A program made the position numbers and the translations under genes. Positions 37,841-48,480 of a DNA stretch of 64,000 nt are shown one piece after another. The notes under the pieces were generated by a model that saw only the letters and a list, made by a program, of their open reading frames with translations, searched no databases and was not told the DNA's origin. The stretch covers positions 620,001 through 684,000 of the forward strand of contig CP128816.1 of NCBI GenBank assembly GCA_051546255.1, in the 5' to 3' direction. How positions within the stretch are numbered: position 1 is the first letter of the stretch; each line of letters starts with the position of its first letter. The DNA is from Meyerozyma guilliermondii (taxonomy: Eukaryota).

Positions 37841-39775
37841 ATGTCTGATTATTACGGTCCTACACTTTTGTTCAGAAATAATGCCATTCGGCGGTTTAGT
37901 CCCGAACTTTCCCCAGTAGCTAGTATGAGCACATTCGATCTTCCACTAAGCAGTAATGGAAGCAATTGGCTCTTAAACGCTGAGAATCCAAGAGATACCG
38001 AGGTCATTAACAAGACCTGTTCGTTGAATAGGTTGAATATCAAGTCAAATTACTGGAAAATACCCGATGCCACCATGAACTTGACATCTATTGCTGTGAA
38101 TAATGCTGGAACCAACGAACCAAAAATTGCTATATCGAGTGGTGCCAAGGAAGATAACTTGTTCTTGTACCAGCTCGACTTGGACAGCAATTTTTTAACC
38201 CACAGCAATACCATTACCCTTCCAAATATACACCTGATGCAGTGGGTCCCCAATCACAGCGACTACATGATTACGGGAAACAATAAGGGCTATGCCCATC
38301 TCGTGTCGCTTCCCAATGACGAAGAGCAGTCGGCCTCAATTTGCAAGAGGTTTAATCACAGAAAACATCTCAAGTCCATCGACGAAACTGTTCAGCAAAA
38401 CCAGGCGGGAATTTCACGAATGGGGTTCACCAAGTCAGGAAACTTGTTGAGCAAGTACAACAACAGTTTGTTTCTTTGGGATATCCGTGATTGTGAAAGC
38501 CAAGAAAAGCCAAAACCGCTTTCGATTTCCAATATTTCTGGGTTGCACAATTTTGACCCAACTATCCATCAAAACTCATCTACGGTTGCAATTTGTGGTC
38601 GATTTGGTGTTTCGCTCTTCGACACAAGGCAGCCCAAGTTTGGAGTTCCCGCAAGCATCGTCCACCAAGCCAATAGAAGCAAAATGGGCTCCACAGTGGT
38701 CAAATGGTCACCAAAAGACGAATACGTATTTGCAGCGGCTCACAACGACGGTGTGGTACGGTTGTGGGATATAAGGCAGCAAGAGAGCTATGCAACGCTC
38801 GACGGTCACCAGGGTCGCAAGATTATTAGCATGGAGTGGAATAACGGAGATTTGTTCACCGGTGGAAAAGATGGAAATATTGTCCATTGGGACTTGCTGG
38901 GTGACAAAGAAGGAACCCCAGCAGTAGGAGAATGTGGACTCAAGGAAGGATTGAGTAGCGTGTACTTTGATCCAGTGAGAAATTCGTTGCAACAGAGAGT
39001 TTCGCAAAGGCAATGTGGTACGGTTCTACCAGCTTCCAACAGCACCATTGTGGCCATGGCATCAGTGGATCACGAAGACGACGTCAAGGTTTTATCTGTG
39101 GATTCCAGTTCGTTTTTCGGAGTTCATTCCAAGATTTATGATGCCGTCAAAGTTGATTTTGCAGCCAACAAATTATACTATAGCGACGAAGACATGCAAT
39201 TGCTCATGTCCTCGGCCGAACCCTCACAATCCACCTTGGTTTGCGAGTCGCAGGAAGACCTCGCCGAGCCAACAAAACCATTATCCATCTCCCGTACTGC
39301 TTCCAAGTACGAAAATCCATTGCATACATTGTCTAACGACACCCTCACATCCGACACCGAGCCATGCAAGCTTAGCATTTCTCAATACGAGGTTCAATCC
39401 GAAGTTTCTGGCTTTGAAGACGAGTTCAATTTCACCCTCACAGAGCATTTCAACGAGTCTGCGTTATCGGTTGATACTGCTGTTTCGGTATCGTCTACGC
39501 CAGTACATTCTGCAACACCAAAGTTTGGTCCGGATTCCGCTCAACTCCCAGATTTATTCGATTCTGACTCGGCAACTTCATCTCCAGACTTTGCTCGTGC
39601 TCGCATAAACGACTCAAACACAACGCTCGACACCGCACCCACCATTGACGAGATCGACATGGCGGAACCCACTCACCAAAAACATACCAGTTTCACTCTT
39701 GATGACTTTACGCTACTTTTCCAGGACGATAAGAAGCACCACGAGCTCAGACAACCAGTAGCATTAACACATTAA
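37841..39775 (+). CDS. DSE1: Daughter-specific WD40 protein Dse1
   Basis: YYGPT.LFR.N, KSNYWKIPD, KRFNHRKH, WD repeats (VRLWDIR, IVHWD), QCGTVLPASN. Confidence 0.88.
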   Translation: MSDYYGPTLLFRNNAIRRFSPELSPVASMSTFDLPLSSNGSNWLLNAENPRDTEVINKTCSLNRLNIKSNYWKIPDATMNLTSIAVNNAGTNEPKIAISSGAKEDNLFLYQLDLDSNFLTHSNTITLPNIHLMQWVPNHSDYMITGNNKGYAHLVSLPNDEEQSASICKRFNHRKHLKSIDETVQQNQAGISRMGFTKSGNLLSKYNNSLFLWDIRDCESQEKPKPLSISNISGLHNFDPTIHQNSSTVAICGRFGVSLFDTRQPKFGVPASIVHQANRSKMGSTVVKWSPKDEYVFAAAHNDGVVRLWDIRQQESYATLDGHQGRKIISMEWNNGDLFTGGKDGNIVHWDLLGDKEGTPAVGECGLKEGLSSVYFDPVRNSLQQRVSQRQCGTVLPASNSTIVAMASVDHEDDVKVLSVDSSSFFGVHSKIYDAVKVDFAANKLYYSDEDMQLLMSSAEPSQSTLVCESQEDLAEPTKPLSISRTASKYENPLHTLSNDTLTSDTEPCKLSISQYEVQSEVSGFEDEFNFTLTEHFNESALSVDTAVSVSSTPVHSATPKFGPDSAQLPDLFDSDSATSSPDFARARINDSNTTLDTAPTIDEIDMAEPTHQKHTSFTLDDFTLLFQDDKKHHELRQPVALTH

Positions 39776-40077
39776 ACAATAAATACCATAGTATTTATAA
39801 TAGTAAATTATAATACCGTTGTTCCTTCCTGCAGCAACCGAGCGCTCACCTCATCTCAGCCTCCCGGCCCGCCCCAACACCCGGTTGTGGTGCGGGTGAA
39901 ATTAGAAAATCGAAACAATTACTACACCTCTAATACACACCCATAACGCAAGTCTTTTGGTGCTGTTATTTACATTGGAAACAAGTGCCTCGTGCTTAGT
40001 GATCTCAAACAACCCGTTGCCCTCTCTGGTCACTGATTACCCCTTGCATTGCAAAGCCCTCCTGCGTACGGTCCACC

Positions 40078-42399
40078 ATGTCACGAAGCAAAATCAGTGT
40101 CAAGGTCGTTGCAGCAGAATCGCTTTACAAACGAGATGTATTTCGTCAACCAGACCCGTTTGCGGTAATCACGGTCGATGGATCCCAGACGAAAACGACA
40201 AAAACTGCTAAAAAGACGTTGAATCCGTATTGGAATGAAACATTCACATTTGACTCATCGGAAGATTCCATTCTTGTTATACAAGTTTTCGATCAAAAAA
40301 AGTTTAAGAAGAAAGACCAGGGCTTTTTAGGGGTTGTCAACATCCGTATAGGTGATGTGGTTGATCTTTCCCTTGCCTCGTCGGAGGAGACGATCACCAG
40401 GGACCTCAAAAAGAGCAACGAAAATTTGGCCGTCAGCGGAAAGATCATTGTTGTGATCTCCCATGAGAGCCAAAATTCTCGCAATGGTGTCTCCGGCTCT
40501 TCCCAGAATGCTTCGTCAGCACCGGCTATGGTGGCATCAACTACGCAGTCGTCTACCTTGCCAGTACCAGCTTCCAACGGTGATACAACGACGTCAAATG
40601 GCTCGGCAAGACAATACTCCTCGTTCGAAGACCAGTACGGCCGTCTTCCTCCTGGCTGGGAGAGACGGACTGACAACTTTGGACGTACATACTATGTGGA
40701 TCACAACTCCAGAACCACCACCTGGCAACGTCCTACCCTTGACCAAACCGAATCGGAACGTGGTCAGCAACGGGAGGATGCTACCGAGGCGGAAAGAAGA
40801 CAACATCGTGGCCGTACCCTTCCTGGAGAGGCCCCTCAGCTGCCTACAGTTCTGTCTGCCACATCTGGAAATGTCACCGTAAACTCCACCGGAGCCAATA
40901 CTCCTGTCAGCCCCAGTGCTGCCGTGTCAATGGCATCTCTGGGAGCCACCACAAGTGGTTTGGGTGAGTTGCCTTCCGGGTGGGAGCAGCGTTTCACCAA
41001 CGAAGGACGGCCATACTTTGTTGATCACAATACTAGAACTACTACGTGGGTTGATCCCCGTAGACAACAGTATATCCGTACTTTTGGACCCAACACCACG
41101 GTCCAGCAACAGCCGGTATCGCAATTGGGACCCTTGCCTTCTGGTTGGGAAATGAGGTTGACAAATACAGCAAGGGTGTATTTTGTCGATCATAACACCA
41201 AAACTACCACCTGGGATGATCCCAGACTTCCATCTTCGCTTGACCAAAATGTGCCTCAGTATAAACGTGATTTCCGTCGTAAGGTGATCTACTTTAGATC
41301 TCAACCTGCTCTTCGGATCTTACCTGGTCAATGCCATATAAAGGTCCGCAGAGATCATATATTTGAGGATTCATACCAAGAGATTATGCGCCAAACCCCA
41401 GAAGATTTGAAGAAGAGATTGATGATCAAATTCGACGGTGAAGAAGGTTTGGATTATGGAGGAGTGTCGAGAGAATTCTTCTTCTTGCTTTCACATGATA
41501 TGTTCAACCCGTTCTACTGTTTATTTGAATACTCCTCGCATGACAACTATACGCTTCAATTCAATCCTAATTCGGGCATCAATCCCGAGCACTTGAACTA
41601 CTTCAAATTTATCGGTAGAGTGGTGGGATTGGGTGTTTTCCACCGGCGTTTCTTGGATGCTTTCTTCGTTGGTGCATTGTACAAGATGATGTTACACAAG
41701 AAGGTTGTATTACAGGATATGGAAGGTGTGGATGCTGAATTTTTCAGATCGCTTAAATGGATTCTAGATAATGACATCACTGGAATATTAGATCTTACTT
41801 TCAGTGCTGAAGACGAAAGATTTGGAGAGATTGTGGAAGTTGATTTGAAAGAAAACGGACGCAATATCGAGGTGACAGAAGAGAATAAGCATGAATATGT
41901 GGAGCTCATCTCCGAATGGAAGATCTACAAACGAGTGGAGGAGCAATTTAAGGCATTTATTGACGGTTTCAATGAGTTGATCCCACAAGAGTTGGTCAAT
42001 GTATTTGATGAGCGTGAACTCGAACTCTTAATCGGTGGTTTAGCAGAGATCGATGTGGAGGACTGGAAGAAGCATACCGATTATCGTGGATACCAAGAAT
42101 CAGACCAAGTCATTCAATGGTTCTGGAAATGTATCAAAGAATGGGATTCCGAACAAAAGGCTCGTTTGCTTCAATTCACCACCGGTACCTCTAGAATTCC
42201 CGTCAATGGGTTCAAGGATCTTCAAGGTTCCGATGGTCCTAGACGCTTCACCATTGAAAAGGCGGGTGAACCTAACCAACTTCCCAAATCCCACACTTGT
42301 TTCAATAGAGTGGACTTACCGCCATATGCCGATTATGCAAGCTTGAAGCAAAAGTTAACGTTGGCTGTGGAGGAAACAGTTGGCTTTGGCCAGGAGTAG
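40078..42399 (+). CDS. RSP5: NEDD4-family HECT E3 ubiquitin ligase
   Basis: C2 domain, three WW domains, HECT with [10 protein letters not shown], ends [10 protein letters not shown]. Confidence 0.99.
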   Translation: MSRSKISVKVVAAESLYKRDVFRQPDPFAVITVDGSQTKTTKTAKKTLNPYWNETFTFDSSEDSILVIQVFDQKKFKKKDQGFLGVVNIRIGDVVDLSLASSEETITRDLKKSNENLAVSGKIIVVISHESQNSRNGVSGSSQNASSAPAMVASTTQSSTLPVPASNGDTTTSNGSARQYSSFEDQYGRLPPGWERRTDNFGRTYYVDHNSRTTTWQRPTLDQTESERGQQREDATEAERRQHRGRTLPGEAPQLPTVLSATSGNVTVNSTGANTPVSPSAAVSMASLGATTSGLGELPSGWEQRFTNEGRPYFVDHNTRTTTWVDPRRQQYIRTFGPNTTVQQQPVSQLGPLPSGWEMRLTNTARVYFVDHNTKTTTWDDPRLPSSLDQNVPQYKRDFRRKVIYFRSQPALRILPGQCHIKVRRDHIFEDSYQEIMRQTPEDLKKRLMIKFDGEEGLDYGGVSREFFFLLSHDMFNPFYCLFEYSSHDNYTLQFNPNSGINPEHLNYFKFIGRVVGLGVFHRRFLDAFFVGALYKMMLHKKVVLQDMEGVDAEFFRSLKWILDNDITGILDLTFSAEDERFGEIVEVDLKENGRNIEVTEENKHEYVELISEWKIYKRVEEQFKAFIDGFNELIPQELVNVFDERELELLIGGLAEIDVEDWKKHTDYRGYQESDQVIQWFWKCIKEWDSEQKARLLQFTTGTSRIPVNGFKDLQGSDGPRRFTIEKAGEPNQLPKSHTCFNRVDLPPYADYASLKQKLTLAVEETVGFGQE

Positions 42400-42744
42400 A
42401 GGTGTCATTATAATTTTATTAATTGCTTTATGTTAAAAATTGTAGGGGCCCAGAGAAGGCCGCAGATCGTTCGGCCCATAGATGCAAGATAGTCTGCACA
42501 TAAGCCGTAGATCGCCCATAGACTGGCCCATAGCAACCGGCCGTAACCTAATTACAGTTTGTGGCCCAATACGCCGTTAGGTAATAATATGACTAAAGAT
42601 CTGTCACGTTCTAGTCCGGCGCTTAATTTGTCCTCCCCGCCGGTTCCCCACCTGCATTATTAATTCTCGCAGCAAGTAGACTGCACAACTCCGAACTGTG
42701 GGGTATAAAGGCAGCGACGCCCCCAATCTTTTGTCAGTCAAATC

Positions 42745-43035
42745 ATGCCCGATCTTTTTGACAACTTCTTTACAAGAATAGGAACTGCCATGAACGGCGG
42801 CAAGACTCGCCCTCACTACCTGGGTGCTTCACAAGTCAATACTGGCAAATTTTATAGTTATCACGAAAACGGATCCAACAATAGTTCTTGGTTGCCGACG
42901 TCCAAGAGCTTTAACAAGACAGTGAGTGGGTTGGACGAAATCAATAAGGGTAGAACTGAAAGAATGAACAGTGTGAACTCTATGAATTCTGAAGAGGGCA
43001 TGACATCCAGGAAGGGATCGATCGTTGAGGAGTAG
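42745..43035 (+). CDS. Small hypothetical protein (96 aa)
   Basis: ATG in good context (aaatcATG) about 40 bp after TATAAAG (about 42704); sole plausible gene in this gap. Confidence 0.6.
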   Translation: MPDLFDNFFTRIGTAMNGGKTRPHYLGASQVNTGKFYSYHENGSNNSSWLPTSKSFNKTVSGLDEINKGRTERMNSVNSMNSEEGMTSRKGSIVEE

Positions 43036-43115
43036 CATCAGCCACAGCAATATGAGCAATAGCACTAGTTAGCAACGTTAGCAGGACTAATATTTAGCAA
43101 TTTATGATTGAGATT

Positions 43116-44366
43116 TTAAAAGCAGCAGAAAAACCGTCGCAAGAAGCTTCGCTCGCGAAGTCTTCTCTCAATGCTAGAAACCTCTGAATGATAGTCATCG
43201 TTCGCCGACATGGTTCCATATCTTCCGTACCGGCTTGCATCGTTTTCTTGACCTGAAGATTGGTAATTCGCTTTGAGCGGTGAGTGAGATTGTGGTCTTG
43301 GATTTCTGTTCAACAGACTGTCGGGATGAAGTCTAGCTTGACGACCATATGGCTGAGTGTTTGAAGATTGACGATGCTTATTTTGTGGAGGTTGTGGTGG
43401 ATGGGGATTTCCATAACCATGTAAATTGGCCTTTCTATTGAGAGCTGCATCCCATCCTCGTCCTCCATTAAGATCCATCCAGTCATAGTGATTGTCCTCG
43501 GTAGCTTCGATGGAGATGAAAGCTTTGTCCATGAGCAGAATTAAGTAGGCGTAGTCTGGATCCTCGTCAAACTTGAGGTTTCGAACATACATGAGATATT
43601 GAGCAAACTGGATGGGGAACCCGTAGCAGAGTTCATTGATAGATGTGCTTTGCTTTTTGAGTCCAATTTTTTCGTACTTTTGCTTATTGGTAGGAGCCTT
43701 CAACCCTTGCCAAGGAAGAGATCCTCGCAAAAAGTACATGAACACATGGCCCAAGCTTTCGAGATCGTCTCTTCTCAGTTGCTCTCTTCCTAAATGGGTG
43801 TTTATAGACATGTACCTTGCGGTTCCACTGAGAGCCTTTTTTTCTCTATAAGGGATGTGATGTTTCGTTTTGGGATCACGGAACTGTTTCGCCATACCAA
43901 AGTCAACCACGAAAACCTGATTAGCATTGGGTGAACCCGGCTTTCCGATCAAAAAGTTATCTGGTTTAATATCACGATAGATAAGATTGGACTCATGAAT
44001 CGATTGTACACGCGCAATCATCTGTTTTGCTACCTGAACAACCGTCTTTACCAGAAACTTGCGTCCACACCAGTCGAACAAATCTTCCAAAGAAGGACCT
44101 AATAAGTCAATTACCAAAATATTGTGCACGCCTTCTTGTCCAAAGAAGTATGCCTGGGGAATCCCCGGAATCCCATTCAATATTCTGTACGAGCGGTACT
44201 CGTCTCGAAGTTGCGGAGCTTCACATTTACGTGGTTCAAACTTTATGGCTACTTGTTGATTATTGAGAAGATTGACACCTTCAAAAATGATGCCAAAAGA
44301 TCCCTCTCCTATCTTTTTACCGACTTTATAGTGGACACCCACTATGTTTGCCGAGCTGTTTGCCAT
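43116..44366 (-). CDS. Casein kinase I (Yck-type, C-terminal CC palmitoylation signal)
   Basis: KIGEGSFG, LLGPSLEDLF, YRDIKPDNFL, DFGMAK, GTARYMSINTHLG; ends FFCCF. Confidence 0.96.
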   Translation of the reverse strand: MANSSANIVGVHYKVGKKIGEGSFGIIFEGVNLLNNQQVAIKFEPRKCEAPQLRDEYRSYRILNGIPGIPQAYFFGQEGVHNILVIDLLGPSLEDLFDWCGRKFLVKTVVQVAKQMIARVQSIHESNLIYRDIKPDNFLIGKPGSPNANQVFVVDFGMAKQFRDPKTKHHIPYREKKALSGTARYMSINTHLGREQLRRDDLESLGHVFMYFLRGSLPWQGLKAPTNKQKYEKIGLKKQSTSINELCYGFPIQFAQYLMYVRNLKFDEDPDYAYLILLMDKAFISIEATEDNHYDWMDLNGGRGWDAALNRKANLHGYGNPHPPQPPQNKHRQSSNTQPYGRQARLHPDSLLNRNPRPQSHSPLKANYQSSGQENDASRYGRYGTMSANDDYHSEVSSIERRLRERSFLRRFFCCF

Positions 44367-44839
44367 TCCAAACCCTTGGTGGCCGTAAATTTACTGGGAA
44401 ACCGTCGTGATGAAGTGATAACGTTTCTCCCTTTGTCGGGACTTGTTTTTAATTGGTCTCTAATGATCGCAGATGGCCCAAATGCGGTGGATTATTAAAG
44501 TTCTGATGCGTAGCACGGGAAGTGTCAAGACTAAATTCGCCAATATCGCCCAGGGCTCGTGGATAAAACCTATCAATTAAATGTTTCTTCTCGTTAAAGA
44601 ATCTTGCCCAAAATGAGGTGCCCGTGCTTATCTGCAGGATGTTTCCGAGTTCGGGTAAAATGAAGTATTTGTGTTTGAAAGCGGCGTTGGGGGTCATAGG
44701 GCGAGAGTGAATGCAACAAGCTCTTCATTTGTCGGCGACAGTGGTGAAAGTGCTTCTTTTTGTTGCATTTGTGAGGTGGACTGTGTGGTGTTTGGGTGTC
44801 TTAATAGTACGCACCAGCAGTACAATGTGATTTATAGCT

Positions 44840-45775
44840 ATGAGCTTTCGACCCAATAGTCGGGTGTTGGCGTACCACGGGCCGTTGGTCTACGAAGCCA
44901 AGGTTCTCCGTGTGCACGAGAAGAACAAAAGTTATGTGGAAGATGAGGAAGGAAAACACATACCTGCTGAGCAGTCGTCGGTTCCACAAAGTCTAATTGA
45001 TGTAGACACCTATTATGTCCACTATAAAGGTTGGAATAACAAATGGGACGAGTGGGTTCCCAATCTGCGAATCTTGGAGTTCAACGAGCAGAATCTCAAA
45101 ATCCAGCAAAAGCTTCGAGATGCCCAAAAATCTGTACATTCCAAATCCAAGAAGGGAAACCAAACCAATTCAAATTCACCTGCTCCAGAAAACGCTAAGA
45201 AGCGCAGTGGAGGAGAGATTACAGCGCCGAAGAGAGGACGGCCCAAAAGAAGACAAGAAAGTACCAAATATAACGAGGTTTATATACCAATGCGACCGGA
45301 GTTGAAGCATATATTGGTAGACGACTGGGAATACATAACCAAGGATCACAAGTTATTGACAGTTCCAGCACGAGTTCCGGTGTCTCAAATCCTCAAGCAG
45401 TTCTCAGCAGCCAATAGTGGAGGGTCTGATGAAGATGACCATATGATCCATGAGTACGTTAATGGGTTGGAAATATATTTCAATCGGTGTCTCAGCTTGA
45501 TGTTACTTTATAAGGTGGAACGTCTTCAATATTTGGAGCTCCGTAAGGAACATGACAATTTTGCAGCTGCTGACTTGTATGGAGTTGAGCATCTTTTACG
45601 ACTTTTTGCCCTGTTACCTGGATTACTCGCACAAACCACCATGGATGGTCCCAGTTTGAGCACTCTAATTTCTCAAAGCGTTGACTTTCTCGACTACATC
45701 ACCGAAAACATGGATTCATTTGCCAACCAGTACTACTATGCTAGTCCAGCATACGATGCGGTTGCGCGAGCTTAA
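44840..45775 (+). CDS. EAF3: Chromodomain/MRG protein Eaf3
   Basis: LAYHGPLVYEAKV, YYVHYKGWNNKWDEWV, LVDDWEYITK, YGVEHLLRLF. Confidence 0.96.
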   Translation: MSFRPNSRVLAYHGPLVYEAKVLRVHEKNKSYVEDEEGKHIPAEQSSVPQSLIDVDTYYVHYKGWNNKWDEWVPNLRILEFNEQNLKIQQKLRDAQKSVHSKSKKGNQTNSNSPAPENAKKRSGGEITAPKRGRPKRRQESTKYNEVYIPMRPELKHILVDDWEYITKDHKLLTVPARVPVSQILKQFSAANSGGSDEDDHMIHEYVNGLEIYFNRCLSLMLLYKVERLQYLELRKEHDNFAAADLYGVEHLLRLFALLPGLLAQTTMDGPSLSTLISQSVDFLDYITENMDSFANQYYYASPAYDAVARA

Positions 45776-45859
45776 AGTCATTCGTCATTTATTCGTTATT
45801 CGTAAACATTATAAAAACCAATCAGAACAGGCAACTATATGATATCTGGAAAATCATAT

Positions 45860-46465
45860 TCACATAATTGGGGTGGCCTTATAGTCAACCTCAACCAAGG
45901 GATTTTCGTTGTTGCAGGTAACCTCAAGCTCAAGTTTCCAGTGTCTTCCATACATGTCTTCCTCCTCTTTGGAGAAGCCATGGTCGCCCATATCCTCAAA
46001 TCTCCATTTGACTTTAGTTGGTGTTTCCACCATTCCAACCTTGTTAAAGTCCATCTTGAATCCTGAGCACGTCTCCATGTCGTGCATCAAGTGTTTTTTA
46101 ATGTGATGTTGAAGATTTCTCTTGAATTTTCTCGAGTTTTTGTTCATGGTGGGTTTAATTTTGTCTAAATTGTTGTGCACCTCTTTCATGATAAAAGGTG
46201 GATAATATGTCAAGTGAGCATGACAATAATCAAAGTCATTGTCCCAGGTCTCATCCCTAATGAAACCTTCAAACGCCATCAAGTCGTCAAAGTCTCTTCT
46301 TGGTGGAGGCTTCAAAACCGTCGACATCATGCCATCTTCCGACTCAATTGAGGTAATCGAAGAAGATCTGGATTTAGGAATGGGTTGCAAGTGTTCGAGT
46401 TTCTCACAGGTGGTCAAGTCCAAGGCAGTGGTCATTCTACCGGACTTGGATTTTTTCGCAGTCAT
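45860..46465 (-). CDS. RGI1: Respiratory growth induced protein (Rgi1/Ucf1 family)
   Basis: FIRDETWDNDFDYCHAHLTYYPPF, IKPTMNKNSRKF, WKLELEVTC...P.VEVDY. Confidence 0.9.
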   Translation of the reverse strand: MTAKKSKSGRMTTALDLTTCEKLEHLQPIPKSRSSSITSIESEDGMMSTVLKPPPRRDFDDLMAFEGFIRDETWDNDFDYCHAHLTYYPPFIMKEVHNNLDKIKPTMNKNSRKFKRNLQHHIKKHLMHDMETCSGFKMDFNKVGMVETPTKVKWRFEDMGDHGFSKEEEDMYGRHWKLELEVTCNNENPLVEVDYKATPIM

Positions 46466-46670
46466 GGTTGGAGTTGAAGGTGCTGTGCGGGTGTCGTATA
46501 ACTATCAATTTAAACTTGTGAACTAGAAATCAAACTCAAACAAAAATGTGCTTGAATTTGAAACAGAACAGTGGTAATTTGGTAAATGCCTCAATGCCTT
46601 TATATACCTATCGCCGACCGGTTGCAAATTCCCTCAAGCCACCTATTAGCGCGAACTAGTCACGATATCA

Positions 46671-46988
46671 GTGGGGTGATACCAGATACGGACATGGGAG
46701 GGGAACAGAGGGGAATGACGGGGAAGAACAAAGAGAATTGCTTTTTGTAGAAATTAAGGCTACAGCAAAAGAACACTTGCAGAAATAGGGGCTAGTCTTG
46801 TGGGGAAATCGATGCCTGGTTGTGTATATTACATAGTGTGGAGAAGATTGGGGAAGAGATGAGATGAGAGATGAAAAATTAGCCAATGTCAAGTGGTGTG
46901 TTTGTGGGCTGTAGTGTCTAAAGTTTGATAAGGTGATTGTGCGGTGGTCTTTGAATGTTTTTTTTAGCGTCGGTTCCGACAAGTGGGG
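46671..46988. promoter_or_regulatory. STRE (AGGGG) and Mig1-like (GTGGGG) sites upstream of RGI1
   Basis: AGGGG at 46699, 46709, 46787; GTGGGG at 46671, 46802, 46983. Confidence 0.4.
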
Positions 46989-47145
46989 TGACTCCGATAA
47001 TCTATCCAGCACCACCAGTTGCGGCTGTCGTGCGAGTGCGGGATTGGCGCTGAAAACCAAAAGTAATCACATGATAAACTTCACGGGATTATTTTGCACG
47101 AGACGCTGACAACGCTTTGCGACTCGCGACATTGCATCGATTTTC

Positions 47146-47697
47146 ATGTCTCTGTTCGGTATGTTTGGTGGGCAGCAGCCCCAGAAACCATTCGCCGAGA
47201 TGACACAGGAAGAGCAGGCCGAGGCCGGGGCAAAGCAGATGATCGAGTTCATGCAATCATGTCCCGGAAAAACTGCCATGGCGGGGGTAACAGGTTTTGC
47301 CCTTGGTGGTTTTTTCGGTTTGTTCATGGCTTCGATGGCTTATGATGTGCCCGTAGGAACGGCATCAGTGAACCATATAAGTGAACTTCCATTCAAGCAG
47401 CAGATGAAGCTCCAGTTTTCCGACATGGGACGCCGATCTTACTCATCGGCCAAAAATTTTGGTTACATCGGGTTCGTATACTCTGGAGTAGAATGTGCCA
47501 TCGAGAGTTTGCGAGCCAAGCACGATATTTATAACGGAGTCTCTGCCGGGTGTATTACCGGTGCTGGACTTTCCATAAAAGCAGGGCCTCAGGCTGCATT
47601 GTTTGGATGCGCTGGGTTCGCTGCGTTTTCCACCGCCATAGACTTATACATGAGCAGCGAAAGTGCTGCTCCTCCCGCCAACGACTATGACGAGTAG
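47146..47697 (+). CDS. TIM22: Mitochondrial inner membrane translocase Tim22
   Basis: SCPGKT..AGVTGFALGG.FGLFMASM, SSAKNFG, ECAIESLRAKHD, GCAGFAAFS.AID. Confidence 0.97.
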   Translation: MSLFGMFGGQQPQKPFAEMTQEEQAEAGAKQMIEFMQSCPGKTAMAGVTGFALGGFFGLFMASMAYDVPVGTASVNHISELPFKQQMKLQFSDMGRRSYSSAKNFGYIGFVYSGVECAIESLRAKHDIYNGVSAGCITGAGLSIKAGPQAALFGCAGFAAFSTAIDLYMSSESAAPPANDYDE

Positions 47698-47712
47698 TAT
47701 TGTACATAATAA

Positions 47713-48237
47713 TCAACAAAGGTAGTAACAGTAATCGTAGTTGAGTCCCGACATCAAAAACGATCCCATCATCACCACAATGATGGTAAGTGCTACCACG
47801 GTAATTTTAAGATAAGACACTCCTGGTGTCATTTCCTGTCGTAATGTCTGGAGCTTGTCGAGCTCGTCCATTATATCAACGTCTTTCTTCAATTGAGCGT
47901 CAAAATTATCGAGTATTTTGGTGTCAAGACTTAGATCATGTTTGGTGATAATTGCCCTTATACCATCTATATGGTGTCGTATTAGCTCTAACGGCTCTTC
48001 TTCGGAATTTCGAGTGTCTCTTTGCTTCGAGTACCTCAGGAGCTTTGGGATTGTAACATTTGTGGTGGTTTGTGGTGGTTCTTCGTGGTCTGAAACGTCT
48101 CTCCAACGTCGTTGTCGAACAGGAACAGGTTCAAAAGAAGGTAATTCCCGTTCCTTCTCCTCCTCTTTGACCTGGTACGGAAGTGGAAGGGGCTCACCAA
48201 GATCAATATCTATGCCTTTTGGTCGGTGTTTACTCAT
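47713..48237 (-). CDS. Hypothetical tail-anchored membrane protein
   Basis: 174 aa, coiled-coil-like middle, C-terminal TM (ITVVALTIIVVMMGSFLM), ends YDYCYYLC. Confidence 0.7.
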   Translation of the reverse strand: MSKHRPKGIDIDLGEPLPLPYQVKEEEKERELPSFEPVPVRQRRWRDVSDHEEPPQTTTNVTIPKLLRYSKQRDTRNSEEEPLELIRHHIDGIRAIITKHDLSLDTKILDNFDAQLKKDVDIMDELDKLQTLRQEMTPGVSYLKITVVALTIIVVMMGSFLMSGLNYDYCYYLC

Positions 48238-48480
48238 TGAGTATTGTTTTCATAACGCGAGGCTGCGAATGTCTAGATACGGGTGCACGGGTGTAGGTTG
48301 CAAAAGCTGGAGATGCCAAGAGCAGAACCATTGCACAGCAATTGTACAATGGATTGTGCTAATATACTACTCCTTTCATTTCTAAAGTGTTTTTTTTCTT
48401 TGCTCTTCCTTTTTTTTCACCTTCTCTCAAATTAATCTTTCAATTTCTCCATTTGGTATTATTACACTTTTACACAATAT

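Noticed and set aside
43776..44054. Apparent Ser-to-Leu damaging substitutions in CK1, MAG1, EAF3
   Set aside because: All are CTG codons, explained by the CUG-Ser code.
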